Source of the DNA: Centroscyllium fabricii
Lineage: Eukaryota
Assembly (NCBI GenBank): GCA_051313645.2
Contig: JBNRSN020000001.1
Coordinates: 105,400,001 to 105,464,000 of the forward strand
Direction: 5' to 3'
Length of the DNA stretch: 64,000 bases
The notes below the pieces were generated by a model. The model was given only the letters and a program-made list of their open reading frames with translations, did no database searches and was not told the DNA's origin. This document shows, piece after piece, positions 38,229-50,009 of this stretch. Position 1 is the first letter of the stretch; each line of letters opens with the position of its first letter. Position numbers and translations under genes: made by a program.

Positions 38229-38350
38229 TTGGGATTTGAGGAATTCCAATATATAGGTGCCAAAATTTCACAGTTTGATATAGCCAGCCTGCATAAAACG
38301 AACAAAACTCCCAAATAGTAATTCCAAAGCGAGTTCCTTATTGCCATCAT
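38229..38350 (-). CDS. efnb2: Ephrin-B2 coding exon 1 (signal peptide)
   Basis: MMAIRNSLWNYYLGVLFVLCRLAISNCEILAPIYWNSSNP(K); 122 nt; donor GTAAGT at 38228-38223; absent from the ORF track because it is short. Confidence 0.95.
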
Positions 38351-38560
38351 CACCGTTCACTCCGTCCTCCGACACTCTGGGTATAAATATTATCGCGTGT
38401 CTTCGTGCTGGGTGCGTCGCCTCTCAAATGTCTGGACGGTATCCTTTTGCCAAAAGCACACTTTGGAGCCGAGCCTGTGCCTCGCCGAAACTTGAAATGG
38501 GCTCTCGCGTTCCAGTGGCTGCTGATCCAGTGGAGTTGTTTGCAGAGCGGGGCACGGGTC

Positions 38561-38587
38561 TCACACTCGGCCGCTTGCCCTCCTCAT
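38561..38587 (-). other. uORF2 in the efnb2 5' leader (MRRASGRV*)
   Basis: ATG at 38587, TGA ending at 38561. Confidence 0.55.
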
Positions 38588-38605
38588 CCCCCGTCTCACT
38601 GTAAA

Positions 38606-38644
38606 TCACTGCAACTCTTTTTGCATCTGGGCACTTGCTTGCAT
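38606..38644 (-). other. uORF1 in the efnb2 5' leader (MQASAQMQKELQ*)
   Basis: Two in-frame ATGs (38644, 38626), TGA ending at 38606. Confidence 0.55.
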
Positions 38645-38788
38645 TTGCAACAGCAGAATGAGCCAAAATTTTCAGCTGCAAACCTTTTTTTTCTCTCTTT
38701 CGAATTTATCTTTGCTGTTTGCGATTTCCAAATCTGCCCGATGGGTTAACAGAAGTACGGAGCGATGTGCGTACGAGCGCGCTCTGTC

Positions 38789-38809
38789 TGTGTGTGTGTG
38801 TGTGTGTGT
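38789..38809. repeat. (TG)10 microsatellite in the predicted 5' leader
   Basis: Direct reading. Confidence 0.9.
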
Positions 38810-38859
38810 ATTCCTGTCTCGGTCTGCGCTCCACTTGGTCACTTTCACGATCCGGGACG

Positions 38860-39045
38860 TGATGAGCCAGCTCTTTGCAAGAAAGCTATATACCTCCCAA
38901 CAACCCACCGTGAGAGCCAGCCCCCCGTTCATTGGTCCATCCCGCCACCTGCAACCGCCGCTCCACCTGACTGACAGGCAGCTTCGCGCTCTCATTGGTC
39001 GCAGGAGCCGTCAATCAACGCCTTCCCCCTCCATTGTTATTGTTT
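38860..39045 (-). promoter_or_regulatory. efnb2 core promoter: TATA-like box, two CCAAT boxes, two TALE decamer-like sites, SOX-like sites; TSS about 38860
   Basis: TATATAG 38892-38886; CCAAT 38935-38931 and 38998-38994; TGACTGACAG 38968-38977; TGATTGACGG 39017-39008; ATTGTT x2 at 39033-39044. Confidence 0.7.
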
Positions 39046-40239
39046 CATCGGATTAAGGCTGAGCTGAGCGAGATTGTTAGCAGCCAGTCGAACAGCACAG
39101 GTAACCAAATAAAACAGAGCAAATAAACATAACCGCAGCGTTTCTGTGTAAGTCCTCACACTATTTCATTTGTCCTTGATAATTGGAAGGAATGCGTTTT
39201 AGCACAAATCTCATTATCGTCTGATTTAGGTGGTTTTGGGGGAGGGGAGAATACCCGCAGTCCACTGCACGCACCATCACTTCCATAAACTGATAAAGTT
39301 TGCACTTTGCAATAAACTTCAACATGATTTCCTGACAATTTTTTTCTAACTGTCCCATTCTGTAACATTGCATTGGGAGAGGGGGAAATGGGCAACGACT
39401 GCAGATGCAAGGTTTCATATATGCACGAATTAAATGAAGGGGAAAAATCCAATTCTTGAGAAACATTCACTTTAGAGTTAAATAACTATGCATCTAACTC
39501 TAGAAGTAATCAATTATGCACCATCCGTTGACTTGCTGCAATGCCATGCAGTGGTGTTGTGTTGAAGGAATGAAACGGTTGGGGCTGGGCTGGGCGTGAG
39601 ATGCAGTGATGTAAAGGTATGATATTGTGAGGCACCAGCCAGGATCCCACTGACTTTAGTCTTTTTCATGGATCAACAGCGCCCACTAGAGATTAAATCT
39701 GAAATGTTCACAAGATGTCCTCGCGATGAATCCTCTGGGTCTCACCGCCTTCCAAGTCCTGAGGCACTCTCGCGGCCAATTCACTGACACGGTAAACGTT
39801 ATTTTTCCGATTCTTGCACCGATCATTGAAATGTTAATGCTATCAAGACTGCCTCGACTTGACCGACACATTTAACCCCACTGAGATGATTTATTATTGT
39901 AACTTTTGAAGTTCGCGGGGACTAACCGTCAGGAAAAAGCTGAAATCCAGACTTAGAAGCAATTTCTACGTGCAAAATTTAAATTATTCCCGTAAGAGAT
40001 CAGAGCCCTGAATACATTGCGTTTAGGACAATATTTTCTTAAGGGGCAACATTATCTTTGATATAAGTTTGTTTGTTAGGTTTATGTACCATGGGACATT
40101 AAAGTAGGCACCAACAATGAACATCAGATTTAGAAAAAGCTGATGGTACGGCAATTTCATCAGTTTCTGCCATAAAGCCCTTGCACAATCGCTTTAATGC
40201 AGCAATAATTCTCCCAACTACTGTATACGACATTTTAAG

Positions 40240-40375
40240 TAAATGGAAAAGGGTAAGTTTGCAATCAATGGAAAAATATGAATGTACAATTAATGGAAAA
40301 TATAGTGTGCAATTAGTGGAAATGTGCAATTAATGGAAAAGTGTAAGTATACAATTGGTGGAAAATGCAAGTATA
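40240..40375 (+). repeat. Degenerate about 25-bp tandem repeat, six TGGAAA units
   Basis: Unit approximately CAATTAATGGAAAAnTRTAAGTRTR. Confidence 0.75.
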
Positions 40376-43253
40376 GACATGCTGGACAAAGGTCCCAAAT
40401 ATTGTCTGCTCCATACTGATGGTCTGTATCTAAATCTCAAAGACTAAAAAGGTGCTAATAGTGTTAGTTTTATAAATCAAACACATTTTGCAGACGCCAG
40501 ACCTAATCTAATTTACAGCTACGTGACCCCAGTGTCCGGAACCCTTAGCGATTAATCCAATTTATTTTAAACGGGGTTGGAGTTTAATGGTGAATCTCGA
40601 TTGTGACATTAAGTGAACTTCGTACTAAGGAAATAAAGCAACAAATAATGAAGTGTTCAATCTGATCAGAATGAGCTAGTCTATATATTGTACAAGTGAT
40701 TGAATCATCTCAAACGGCGACAAATTCTCAGCCAGCATACGGAACAACATTCCTGTTTGTTTTCAGGTGCATTGTCCAAATTGGAATTCTCCTCCCACCT
40801 CCAAATAACAAATGATAAACTCGCCTAAAAAGTAGCCGCAGAGTACAATAAAACAATTCTAAACTGTATAATGACAGTAAACAACTTTTAATAATGAATT
40901 GAAGGTCAGACATGCTTTTTAAATACACCCATCGTGAATCCTGGTTTATCCATATTAACCCTCAACAGATTGGATCAGCACTTGTGAAAAATCCCAAGTT
41001 TTCGCATATTTAAGGCGATACTATTGAAAGCAAAGCGCCAGGATTTGCCAGACCCCTGAATAGAAGCGAATGTGTGTTCGTTCTTATTGTCACCCCACAC
41101 AAGCTTTTCTAACCAGAGTGTCGCTTGAACCCTATTTCCATGTTGGTTTCAGTATTTGTAATGGGGAGAGGTCAATTTAAACACAAAAATAGTTTAGAAG
41201 TAGCAAAATTCTATGACCAAGTGGGGTGAGAGATACATGGATGGATAACATGCCCACATTTCCCTTCAAAGTATCGAGATCATACCCCATTTATCGATAA
41301 ATTAAAATTACAACAGCAGAGACCTTTAGCTATATTCTGGGCGTTTGCTCATCCCGCCCACCGAACTGAGAAGAAATGAGTTAAACAGAAATCGTCACGC
41401 GTGTCTCCCAACAACAGCAAAGCATTAGAAACGATCGTAAACCCTTTCAACATCACCCCTAACGACTACAGCTGTCGACACGTTTACTGCAGAATTTTAT
41501 GAGGCAATTTCCACGGTGATCATCAAGTCGGTGAAACGTTTCTGCCCTTTGGTAATTAATAACATAGATCGGCGGGCGGGGAAATGCGCTTTGAGAAGCG
41601 TTTAGGTTCTCCAGTTACGCGAATGCAACACATGCAAATCGAGATAAAGATAATCGTGTTTGTTTGCAGGTCCGTCAACGAGGATAACCCGCTATCTTGC
41701 AGCATTGACGTTAGTTTGAATAAATTCAGTTCAAACAACAGTCGAAATGTGTTGCAAAAACTTGCCGACACTGACTTTCCCGTTGTGTCTGCAGCTTGTG
41801 CGACATACCGGCTGCAGCCTGATCCAAAACTCGGACAAGGGAGAGCCGTATTGTATATGTGTGTATCGAGACCGTGGCAAAGGACGCGTGGGGTGAAATT
41901 AGTTAGCACACATTCTCGGCCGTTGATGTTTTCTTTATTATCCAATGTGGTTGTTACATTTTCAAAACACAACTAGGCGAAAAGCTAAATGGTTTCTTTT
42001 CCTGACGTAGATCAGCAGAAGTGTTACTTTTATCTGTTTTCCGGCTACCGTTTAGCCTCAAACGTACAGGAAATAGTGGATTTGCTCAGTGTCTGATCTT
42101 TCCCTTTCACTGTGAGCCACACAACCAGAAGAATTGGCAGCCCTGCAATCCCAAAGAAATAGGAAATACGACCACTGCGTCCGATCTGCAATGTAACTGT
42201 TCGGTGAGGTACCGGAATAGTATCGGTTACATATCGCACAAGATCCAAAAATCTATTTCAAAGCAAATTCACAAACCCATTAAATGGCAATTCGCTATTT
42301 TCCTGCAATGTCCGCAATGCATTCGTTATGCAAAGTGGGGGACTATAAATTAATATTTATCACCCGTCAGAATAACACGGAGCCGTCCAAAACCGTTTGA
42401 TAGCATATTGTTGGTAAGATATTGCATTTCTATGTACATAATATTGCAATGAATTAAACGCGATAGTAAATTAAAATGTTAAAGTTTTAAAACTAAAACA
42501 TACTGAATCGAGTTCGCTCACTTTTTAAACATTCTGCCACTGCTCTAAAAATAGAACACTTTTGACAATTCAGATCAGCCAAATGTTGATTCAGTATGTG
42601 ATATTTTTATTTAATTTGGTCAAATGTTGTCCCCAATTCAATTATTTCTTTGGCTGGTCAATATAATCAATATATTTTTTCTTGAAAATCTGTGACAGAT
42701 TGATACAGAGATAGATCAAAAATCAAAGCAGACAGTTAACAAAAGGTTTGTGATATACTGGTGAATTGTTAGGTTTTGATGCGCTTTGATCACGAGGGTT
42801 ACTGGTTCAATGTAATTGCACATAGTACTAGAATACAATTCAAATTAGTTTTATTTCCCAGTGTTTATGACAAAGTACGCTGGTGTGTGTACAAATGGCT
42901 GCCCCGTGTTCTGCTAATAAGGACAGTATTCCATAATTTAGCTGCGTATTGTATTCATCCTAAATATGTTTTGATAAAATCAATACACCCAGTAGCGATT
43001 GTGAAGGTTCGGTGCCGAAATGCAATGCCAACTTGGATTTCTTCAAATAAAGTTGCTGTAGATGGCTCAGGAATTAAAAGGAAGCACAACTGTATAACTC
43101 TGTGACTATGACTCTATAACTGAAAGGAGCCTGTTCGCACAGAATCGAAGTCTCCAGCTAAATTGAAAGATGATTTTTGACAACCTATAATCTTTATTAA
43201 TAACGCCGAGACCTGTGGGCTGGTGAGATGGAAACTTTCTCTGCTCTTCTCTC

Positions 43254-43368
43254 CCCGAAACGTTAACTCTGTTTCTCTCTCCACGGATGCGGCCTGGCCT
43301 GCTGAGTATTTCCAACATTTTCTGTTGTTATTTCAGATTTCCAGCATGCGCAGTATTTTGCTCTTATA
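43254..43368 (+). mobile_element. Penelope-derived fragment (starts at GAAACGTT, hammerhead 5' half missing)
   Basis: CGAAACGTTAACTCTGTTTCTCTCTCCACGGATGCGGCC...GCAGTATTTTGCT. Confidence 0.8.
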
Positions 43369-43419
43369 TTAACTTTCTTAACAAGTCTGTTTCAGTGATA
43401 CAGTGTGAAAGAAAACACG

Positions 43420-43530
43420 CCCTTCCCCACATTACAACAGTGACTCCACTTCAAAAGTACTTCATTGGCTGTGAAGCGCTTTGAGAGGTCCGGTGGTCGT
43501 GAAAGTCACTATATAAATGCAAGTATTTCT
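43420..43530 (+). mobile_element. DeuSINE 3' tail
   Basis: ACATTACAACAGTGACTCCACTTCAAAAGTACTTCATTGGCTGTGAAGCGCTTTG...CTATATAAATGCAAGT. Confidence 0.8.
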
Positions 43531-43598
43531 ATATTGCCAGAGTTTCATGTACACCATTATTTAAGATGTATTATAACTGGATGGATGGTAAGGTGAAT

Positions 43599-43735
43599 TC
43601 ATAGAATCTTACAGCACAGAAGGAGGCCATTCGGCCTATCGTGCCTATGCTGGCTCTTTGAGAGAGTTAGTCCCACTCCGCTGCTCTTTCTCTCGAGCCC
43701 TGCATGCTGTTTCCTTTTCAGGTATACATCTAATT
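43599..43735 (-). mobile_element. CR1 3' tail fragment
   Basis: CATAGAATCTTACAGCACAGAAGGAGGCCATTCGGCC. Confidence 0.72.
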
Positions 43736-45584
43736 TTTAAGAACATGCAGTTTTATTAAACCTGTTTACAAGATTCGCACTTGTCTTCTAAAATTATTCC
43801 AGTGTTTCCTCAGTGATGTTATTTAACCGTGATCTAATTCCTGCACAAACACTCACTGCAGTCTTTGAGGGAATTGGATTTAATGAGATGTGTATATATG
43901 GGGGAGAGGGAGAGAGAGAGGAACACAGCAGACAGCGAATGGAAAGACTTACGATCGGAGAATGGCTGAGTTAGTTTAGTTCAACTCAGGACAGGTGAGG
44001 CAACTCTCTCTGAACCAGCTTTTGGAAAACTACATCGGTAGATTTCCGGTTCAGTGAACCCAGTGAAATGACAAGCAGCAGCAATCGAATAAACGCTAAC
44101 CCGGAAATGCTGGCGATTCTGTTTACACTCCAAGATTTAGCGTTTACAGAAACAATCTCGCCGTCATGCGATCTTATGAAAGGTTCAGACATTTCACAGA
44201 TTTGTGCAATAATTACACAACTTCATCACAATGATGATAGTCTTTTCGCAATCATTTTAAGAGGGTGGCTTATCCAGTTTCGTGGAGGTCATCAAAGCGA
44301 GCGAATGGTAATCTGACGGAAGAGCAGACGGCAGACGCTCACTTAACTCGGACAGAAAGAAAGGCTCCACTTTGAGAGACCAGTATTTCAAAGCATTCAT
44401 GTCTTGGATACTTTCTAGACTTGAAATCTATTACAGTCCATTAACCTCGTTTTAAAGTTGTCATTGTCTCACCTTGTTATTTCCGATACGTTCTGTTGTT
44501 GCCTTTATGACTAAAACACGATCCTTTTTCCTAAGGCCCGGAGGTCACTTGTTGGCTCAGTCCGAAACAGCTCACATGAACTGTTAATAACTGGTGCTTC
44601 CGAGCTTCGAAAACCGAGATATATAGGCCACAACCATTAGCAGGTGGCCTGCAATGAGAAGATGCGAGCTTCTGTTACATGAAAAATGTATACATGAGGG
44701 CGACTGGCAGGAACAATATAATATTGAGGTTCTGATAGCATCATTAACCGTGAGAACGACATAAAACTGTTGATAACTTTTGCATGAAATTGCTCCCATG
44801 TATTTATCTTTATCCTCTGGAATTGGTGGGATGGTTTTATTTTGACTATTGCTGTCCTGGCAAACATCATCAGCACATTACTCACTATGCAGTTAATTCA
44901 GGCCGATGTTCCAACTGAAGCTTTAATGACTGCATGTTTATCAAATGATGATTGACATTAGGCTACCAGACCATACAATAGTCAATATATATTTTATAGC
45001 AAATATTAAATATCTCACCAAATGCAACAAAATGCAAGCTTGAAGCTCAGGGAGTTTTTACAACCAGAAGTAATTTCAGGATATACTGTATATGTCTTTA
45101 TGATTTTCTTTCATAACATGTTGAAACGCTATGGGGGTGTCTGAATCAGTTTTGCATCCATTGGTTTGTTGGTAGCTGTGTGTAAGACAAATAAGAATGG
45201 CGAGTACATACTATGTTGCTAATGTACAAAGATAACCACACTGAAGTATTAATGCTTGTGATATAATCGCTGCATGTTTTGTTACAGAAAGTAATAGCGT
45301 CATGTTTTAGCAAGCTTGCCACATCAAGCCAAATTATCTTTATGGTTGCTTCAGACTTCTGAATTCCAGCCTAAAATAACATGTTTCACGTGGTAGCTTC
45401 AACCATGTGACCAGGCCAAATGTTTAACAAGTTCCCCTGTCCTCCCCAAGTGGCACACACTCATGCTGTGGTACAGACAACCATGTCAAAACATTTCATA
45501 TTCATTCTCCTCACTGTCTGAATTGGTGCCAATTCTTGGCCAGTCATTGATAGATTTTGAAAGTGAATGGCAGAATGTTGGTAG

Positions 45585-48500
45585 TGTAGCGCTTGCAGGA
45601 CCCAAGAACCACACAGGAGCCGGAGAGACAGATAACACTTGTTTAATTACACTACATAGCAAGAAAGAGACTGAACCACGAGGAGCAGGCTTATTTAAAC
45701 TGCCCGCTTAGTGACCTAATCACGCCGAGAGACATGGTGACGTCATCGCGTCACCCGGTGGGCGGGGCTATGCCCCGCAGACTCCCGAGGCGGATTCGTC
45801 AGTCTGGTGTGCCGCCACACAGCTCCCCCCCAGAATCCGTCCGAGAGGAGAAAGAGTCTATGTGAGGCGTTGTGGTGGCCGTAAGATGCGGCCGGCACGT
45901 GTCTTGCGTTGTTCCTTGTTCTGCGGTGGAGTGTGGGCGGGTGTTGGTGCGGGAGGGCGTCCGCGTTGAGGTGGTTGGGCGGGGACTGTCGCGTCGCCCG
46001 CTATAACGTGTGCCAGTTTTAGCCGGTCAATAGAGACAGTTTCTGTCCGATTGCCCAGGTGTAGCTGAAAAGCTTTTGATCCCGCCCGAAGCACTCTGTA
46101 GGGGCCGTCATAACTTGGCTGTAGTGGTGAGCGATGGGCGTCGTGCCGGACAAACACGTACCTCGCGTTTTTGATGCTGTCCGGTACACGTGCTGCTGGC
46201 TCTCCGTGCCGGGCCACCGGTAAGGGTTTGAACGCTCGTGCCGGGTTGGCGATGTCCTTGAGGAACTGGTCGGCCGACCAGGGAGCGTTTGATTTGGCGA
46301 GGAACTCGCCCGGCACTGTTAAAGTTTGGCCGTAGACGAGTTCTGCTGCTGAGGCGTGTAGATCTTCTTTGGCCACGGAGCGCAGCCCGAGCAGTACCCA
46401 CGGAAGACGGTCGGTCCATGATGCATCTTTGAGGCTGGCCCGCAGGGATGCTGTCATGGAACGGTGGAACCTTTCGCAGAGCCCGTTAGATTGTGGATGG
46501 TATGCGGTGGTTCGATGTAGGGTTACCCCCGAGGTCGCGGGCGATGGCCGCTCATAGTGCCGAGGTAAATTGGGGACCTCTGTCCGACGTGATGTCGGTG
46601 GGCACGCTGAAACGGGCGGCCCAGGTGGCGATGAATGCCCTGGCCAAGTCCATGGTGCTGGTAGCAACGAGGGGGACTGCTTCAGGCCAGCGAGTGTTGC
46701 GGTCGACCATGGTCATGACGTGTGTGTGGCCCTGGGATGGCGGTAGTGGTCCAACGAGATCGACATGGACGTGGTCGAAGCGTCTGGCCGGCATGGTGAA
46801 TGTTTCCAGCGGTGCCTTGATGTGCTTGTGCACCTTGGCGCGCTGGCAGGCAATGCAGGCGTTGGTCCAGGCGCGGACGTCTTTGCGTAGGCTGCGCCAC
46901 ACGATACGGGCCAAAATTAGTTTGATGGAAGCGCGGGTGCCGGGGTGGGACAGGCCATGGAGGGTCTCGAAAATGTACTGCCTCCATGCGTGGGGGCCGA
47001 CGGGTCTGGGCTGCGGTAACGAAACGTCGCAGCAGACTACGGTGGCCGCGGGGCCATGAGCGATGTTGGCCAAGCGTAGGCCAGGGAGGTTTTCTGCTGG
47101 GTTGAGCAGGTCTGGGTCCGCCAGCTGGTCTGCTGCGAGCTTGGCGTAGTCGACCGCCATTTGGGCGGCGTTAATAGCGGGACGTGACAGGCAGTCAGCA
47201 ACCACGTTGTCGCGGCCGGAGATGTGTTGGATGTCGATAGTGAACTCCGACACGGCTGCGAGTTGGCGCTGCTGCCTGGCCGACCAGGGTTCGGCGATCT
47301 TAGCCATTGCAAAAATGAGCGGCTTATGATCGACGAAAGCTGTGAAGGGGCGGCCCTCCAGGAGGAAGCGAAAATGGCGCACTGCGAGGTAGAGAGCGAG
47401 GAGCTCCCTGTCGAAGGCGCTGTACTTAACCTCCGGGGGCTGAAGTTGCCGGCTGAAAAAGGCCAGGGGCTGCCAAGAGTTGCCGGTCCACTGTTCGAAA
47501 ACGGCCCCGACAGCATGGTCGGAGGCGTCAGTGGTGAGGGCCACTCTGGCGTTGGGCCTGGGGTGGGCTAGGAGGGTGGCATTGGCCAGGGCAGTTTTGG
47601 TTGCGGTAAAGGCGGTGGCGGCGTCGGCCGTCCACTCGACCGCAGTTTTGCCGGACTGCCCGCGTGTGGCCTGGTATAGGGGGGCCATGAGAGTGGCTGC
47701 ACCTGGGATGAAGCGGTTATAGAAGTTAACCATCCCTAGGAATTCCTGCAGGCCCTTAATAGAGTGTGGGCGGGGGAATTCCTGAACTGCCTGCACCTTG
47801 GAGGGCAGGGGTATGGCCCCGGTTTTGGAAATGCGGTGGCTGAGGAAGTCTATGGTCTCGAGGCCAAATTTGCATTTAGAGGGGCTTAGTATGAGGCCGT
47901 GTTCGGTCAGGCGCTGGAACAGGGTCCTGAGGTGCAGGAGGTGCTCCTGGGGTGAGGCGCTGGCCACGAGGATGTCGTCTAAGTAGACGAAAATGAACTG
48001 CAAGTCCCGTAGGACCGAGTCCATTAGGCGCTGAAAGGCCTGGGCCGCGTTTTTAAGTCCAAAGGGCATCCTAAGGAACTCGAAGAGGCCGAAGGGGGTA
48101 ATTACGGCTGTCTTAGGGACATCCGCCGGGTGCACCGGGACCTGGTGGTAGCCACGCACCAGGTCGATCTTAGAGAAGACCGTGCAGCCCGCTAGCCTGG
48201 CGGAGAAATCCTGGATGTGGGGTACGGGGTACCTATCCGGGGTAGTGGCGTTGTTGAGGCGGCGGTAGTCGCCGCAGGGGCGCCAGCCTCCGCCCGGCTT
48301 GGGGGCGATGTGGAGGGGAGAGGCCCAGGGGCTGTTGGAGCGGCGGATTATGCCGAGTTGCTCCATGGTGCGGAACTCGGTGCGCGCAATCTCCAGCTTG
48401 GCCGGGTCCAGCTTGCGGGCGTGGGCATGCACGGGAGGGCCGGAGGTGGTGATGAAGTGTTCCACCCCGTGTTTGGTCATGCGGGCGGTGAAGGTGGGGT

Positions 48501-50009
48501 TGGTAAGGGTAGGGAACTCAGCGAGGAGCGTGCCGTATGCGTCAGAGTTCCGAGCGCGGCATTGTGCCGCCGCGTGGGCCAGGAGTGCGGGCCCTGTGGA
48601 GCATGGGATGGTCGACATGTTGTGAATGTCGACCAGGCGGCGCCGGGTCATGTCGACCAGGAGGCCGTGGGCGCAGAGGAAATCTGCCCCAAGGAGGGGT
48701 GAAGTGACCTGGGCCGTGACAAAGTCCCAGTGGTACGTGTGGCCGGCAAGCTTGACTGTGAGCTTGCGGGTGCCGTACATTTTAATATCTGAGCCGTTGG
48801 CCGCTGCGAGTGGCGGGCCCCGGGTGCCTTTTTTGGCTTCTGCTGGGGAGGCTGGCACGATGCTGTGCTGTGCGCCTGTGTCGCAGAGGAACCGGAGGCC
48901 TGTGCTGCTGTCTGTGACGTAGAGCAGTGCTCCGGTGTGTCCTACAGACATAGTGGGGGCTGGGCCGGGCCGTGGCTTGAATGTGCAGGGCTGTACGCAG
49001 CGGTGCGCTTTAGTGTCGAACCGCGTGTGGTAGTAGCACCAGCCGGTGCTTGATGGATGCGGTTGCCTGGGAGGGCGCGGGGGCCTGGGTTCAGGCATTG
49101 GGTTGGACCTGGGGGGCGAGTGGTTGTGCTCGATAGCTGCGGCATTAAGGTTGCACGTGGTGGAGCGGGTGCGCTCGGCCGCCATGAGCCTGTCGGCTTC
49201 CTCGGCTAGCTCGTCCCCGCTCCGGTGGCAGAGGGCCGCCAGGGCCGGTCTGATGGAGCGGGGTAGTTTAAGGAGGAATATGGTGTGGAACAGGGAGGCG
49301 GGATCGGCGATGAGCGCTTGCATTTGGCCCCAAAGATCCGATGGGTCTGCGTCCCCGAGTTCGGGGAGGTTAAGGAGCTGGCAGTCGCGCTCGAATGGGG
49401 AGGGGGTAAATTTTTTAAGTAGCGCGGCCTTGAGGAACTCATACCTGCCTGCTGCGGGCACGCGCTGTAGCTTCGACCACATCCGATCGATCGTCGATTG
49501 CGGTAGGGCCGAAAAGACCAGGTCGTAGCGGTCGTCCCCCTGGATGCCATGTGTGCGGCAGCTGGTCTCTATACACATGAACCAGGCTGCCGGGCGTTGC
49601 TCCCAGAACTCCGGTAGGGTTAGTCTGTGCCCAAAGTTCTGGCCAAGTCCTTGTGATCGAGAAGCTTGGTTTCTTGAAGACATGTTGCTTTTTAAAGTGT
49701 TCTGAGGCTGCTTGGTTTTTAGTCCTGTAGCTGCTGTTTTCTCCTTGGAAGACGTTCCAAGTTGGGGTCACCACTGTAGTGCTTGCAGGACCCAAGAACC
49801 ACACAGGAGCCGGAGAGACAGATAACACTTGTTTAATTACATTACTAAGCAAGAAAGAGACTGAACCACGAGGAGCAGGCTTATTTAAACTGCCCGCTTA
49901 GTGACCTCATCACGCCGAGAGACATGGTGACGTCATCGCGTCACCCGGTGGGCGGGGCTATGCCCCGCAGACTCCAGAGGCCGTTTCGTCAGTCTGGTGT
50001 GCCGCCACA
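45585..50009 (-). mobile_element. Ty3/Gypsy LTR retrotransposon A, CsRn1/Kabuki-like clade (4425 bp)
   Basis: 235-bp LTRs at 45585-45819 and 49775-50009 (TG..CA); 4-bp TSD GTAG; PBS TGGTGACCCC (tRNA-Trp); PPT GGGGGGGAGCTG; CHCC Gag finger. Confidence 0.95.
45858..49683 (-). pseudogene. Element A single gag-pol ORF (PR-RT-RH-IN), broken by a TGG>TGA stop at 46552 and a +1 G frameshift near 46528
   Basis: LPEFW, CYYHTRFDTKAHRCVQPC, DTGA, YLDD, TDAS, HGLSH..CIAC, VHVDL, SDRG, CERF, GPY. Confidence 0.93.

Larger units (their letters stand above)
35200..44800. promoter_or_regulatory. Broad CpG-retaining, repeat-poor domain around the efnb2 promoter
   Basis: CpG dinucleotides are visibly far more frequent than in 29-34 kb despite moderate GC; boundaries estimated by eye. 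Confidence 0.6.

Noticed and set aside
38341-39056. ORFs of 69-132 aa over the efnb2 leader and promoter
   Set aside because: Mostly non-ATG starts, span a microsatellite, no protein features
41489-41545. GCAGAA...GAAACGTTTCTGC hammerhead-like arrangement
   Set aside because: CUGANGA box is absent (TTTATGA) and there is no convincing stem II
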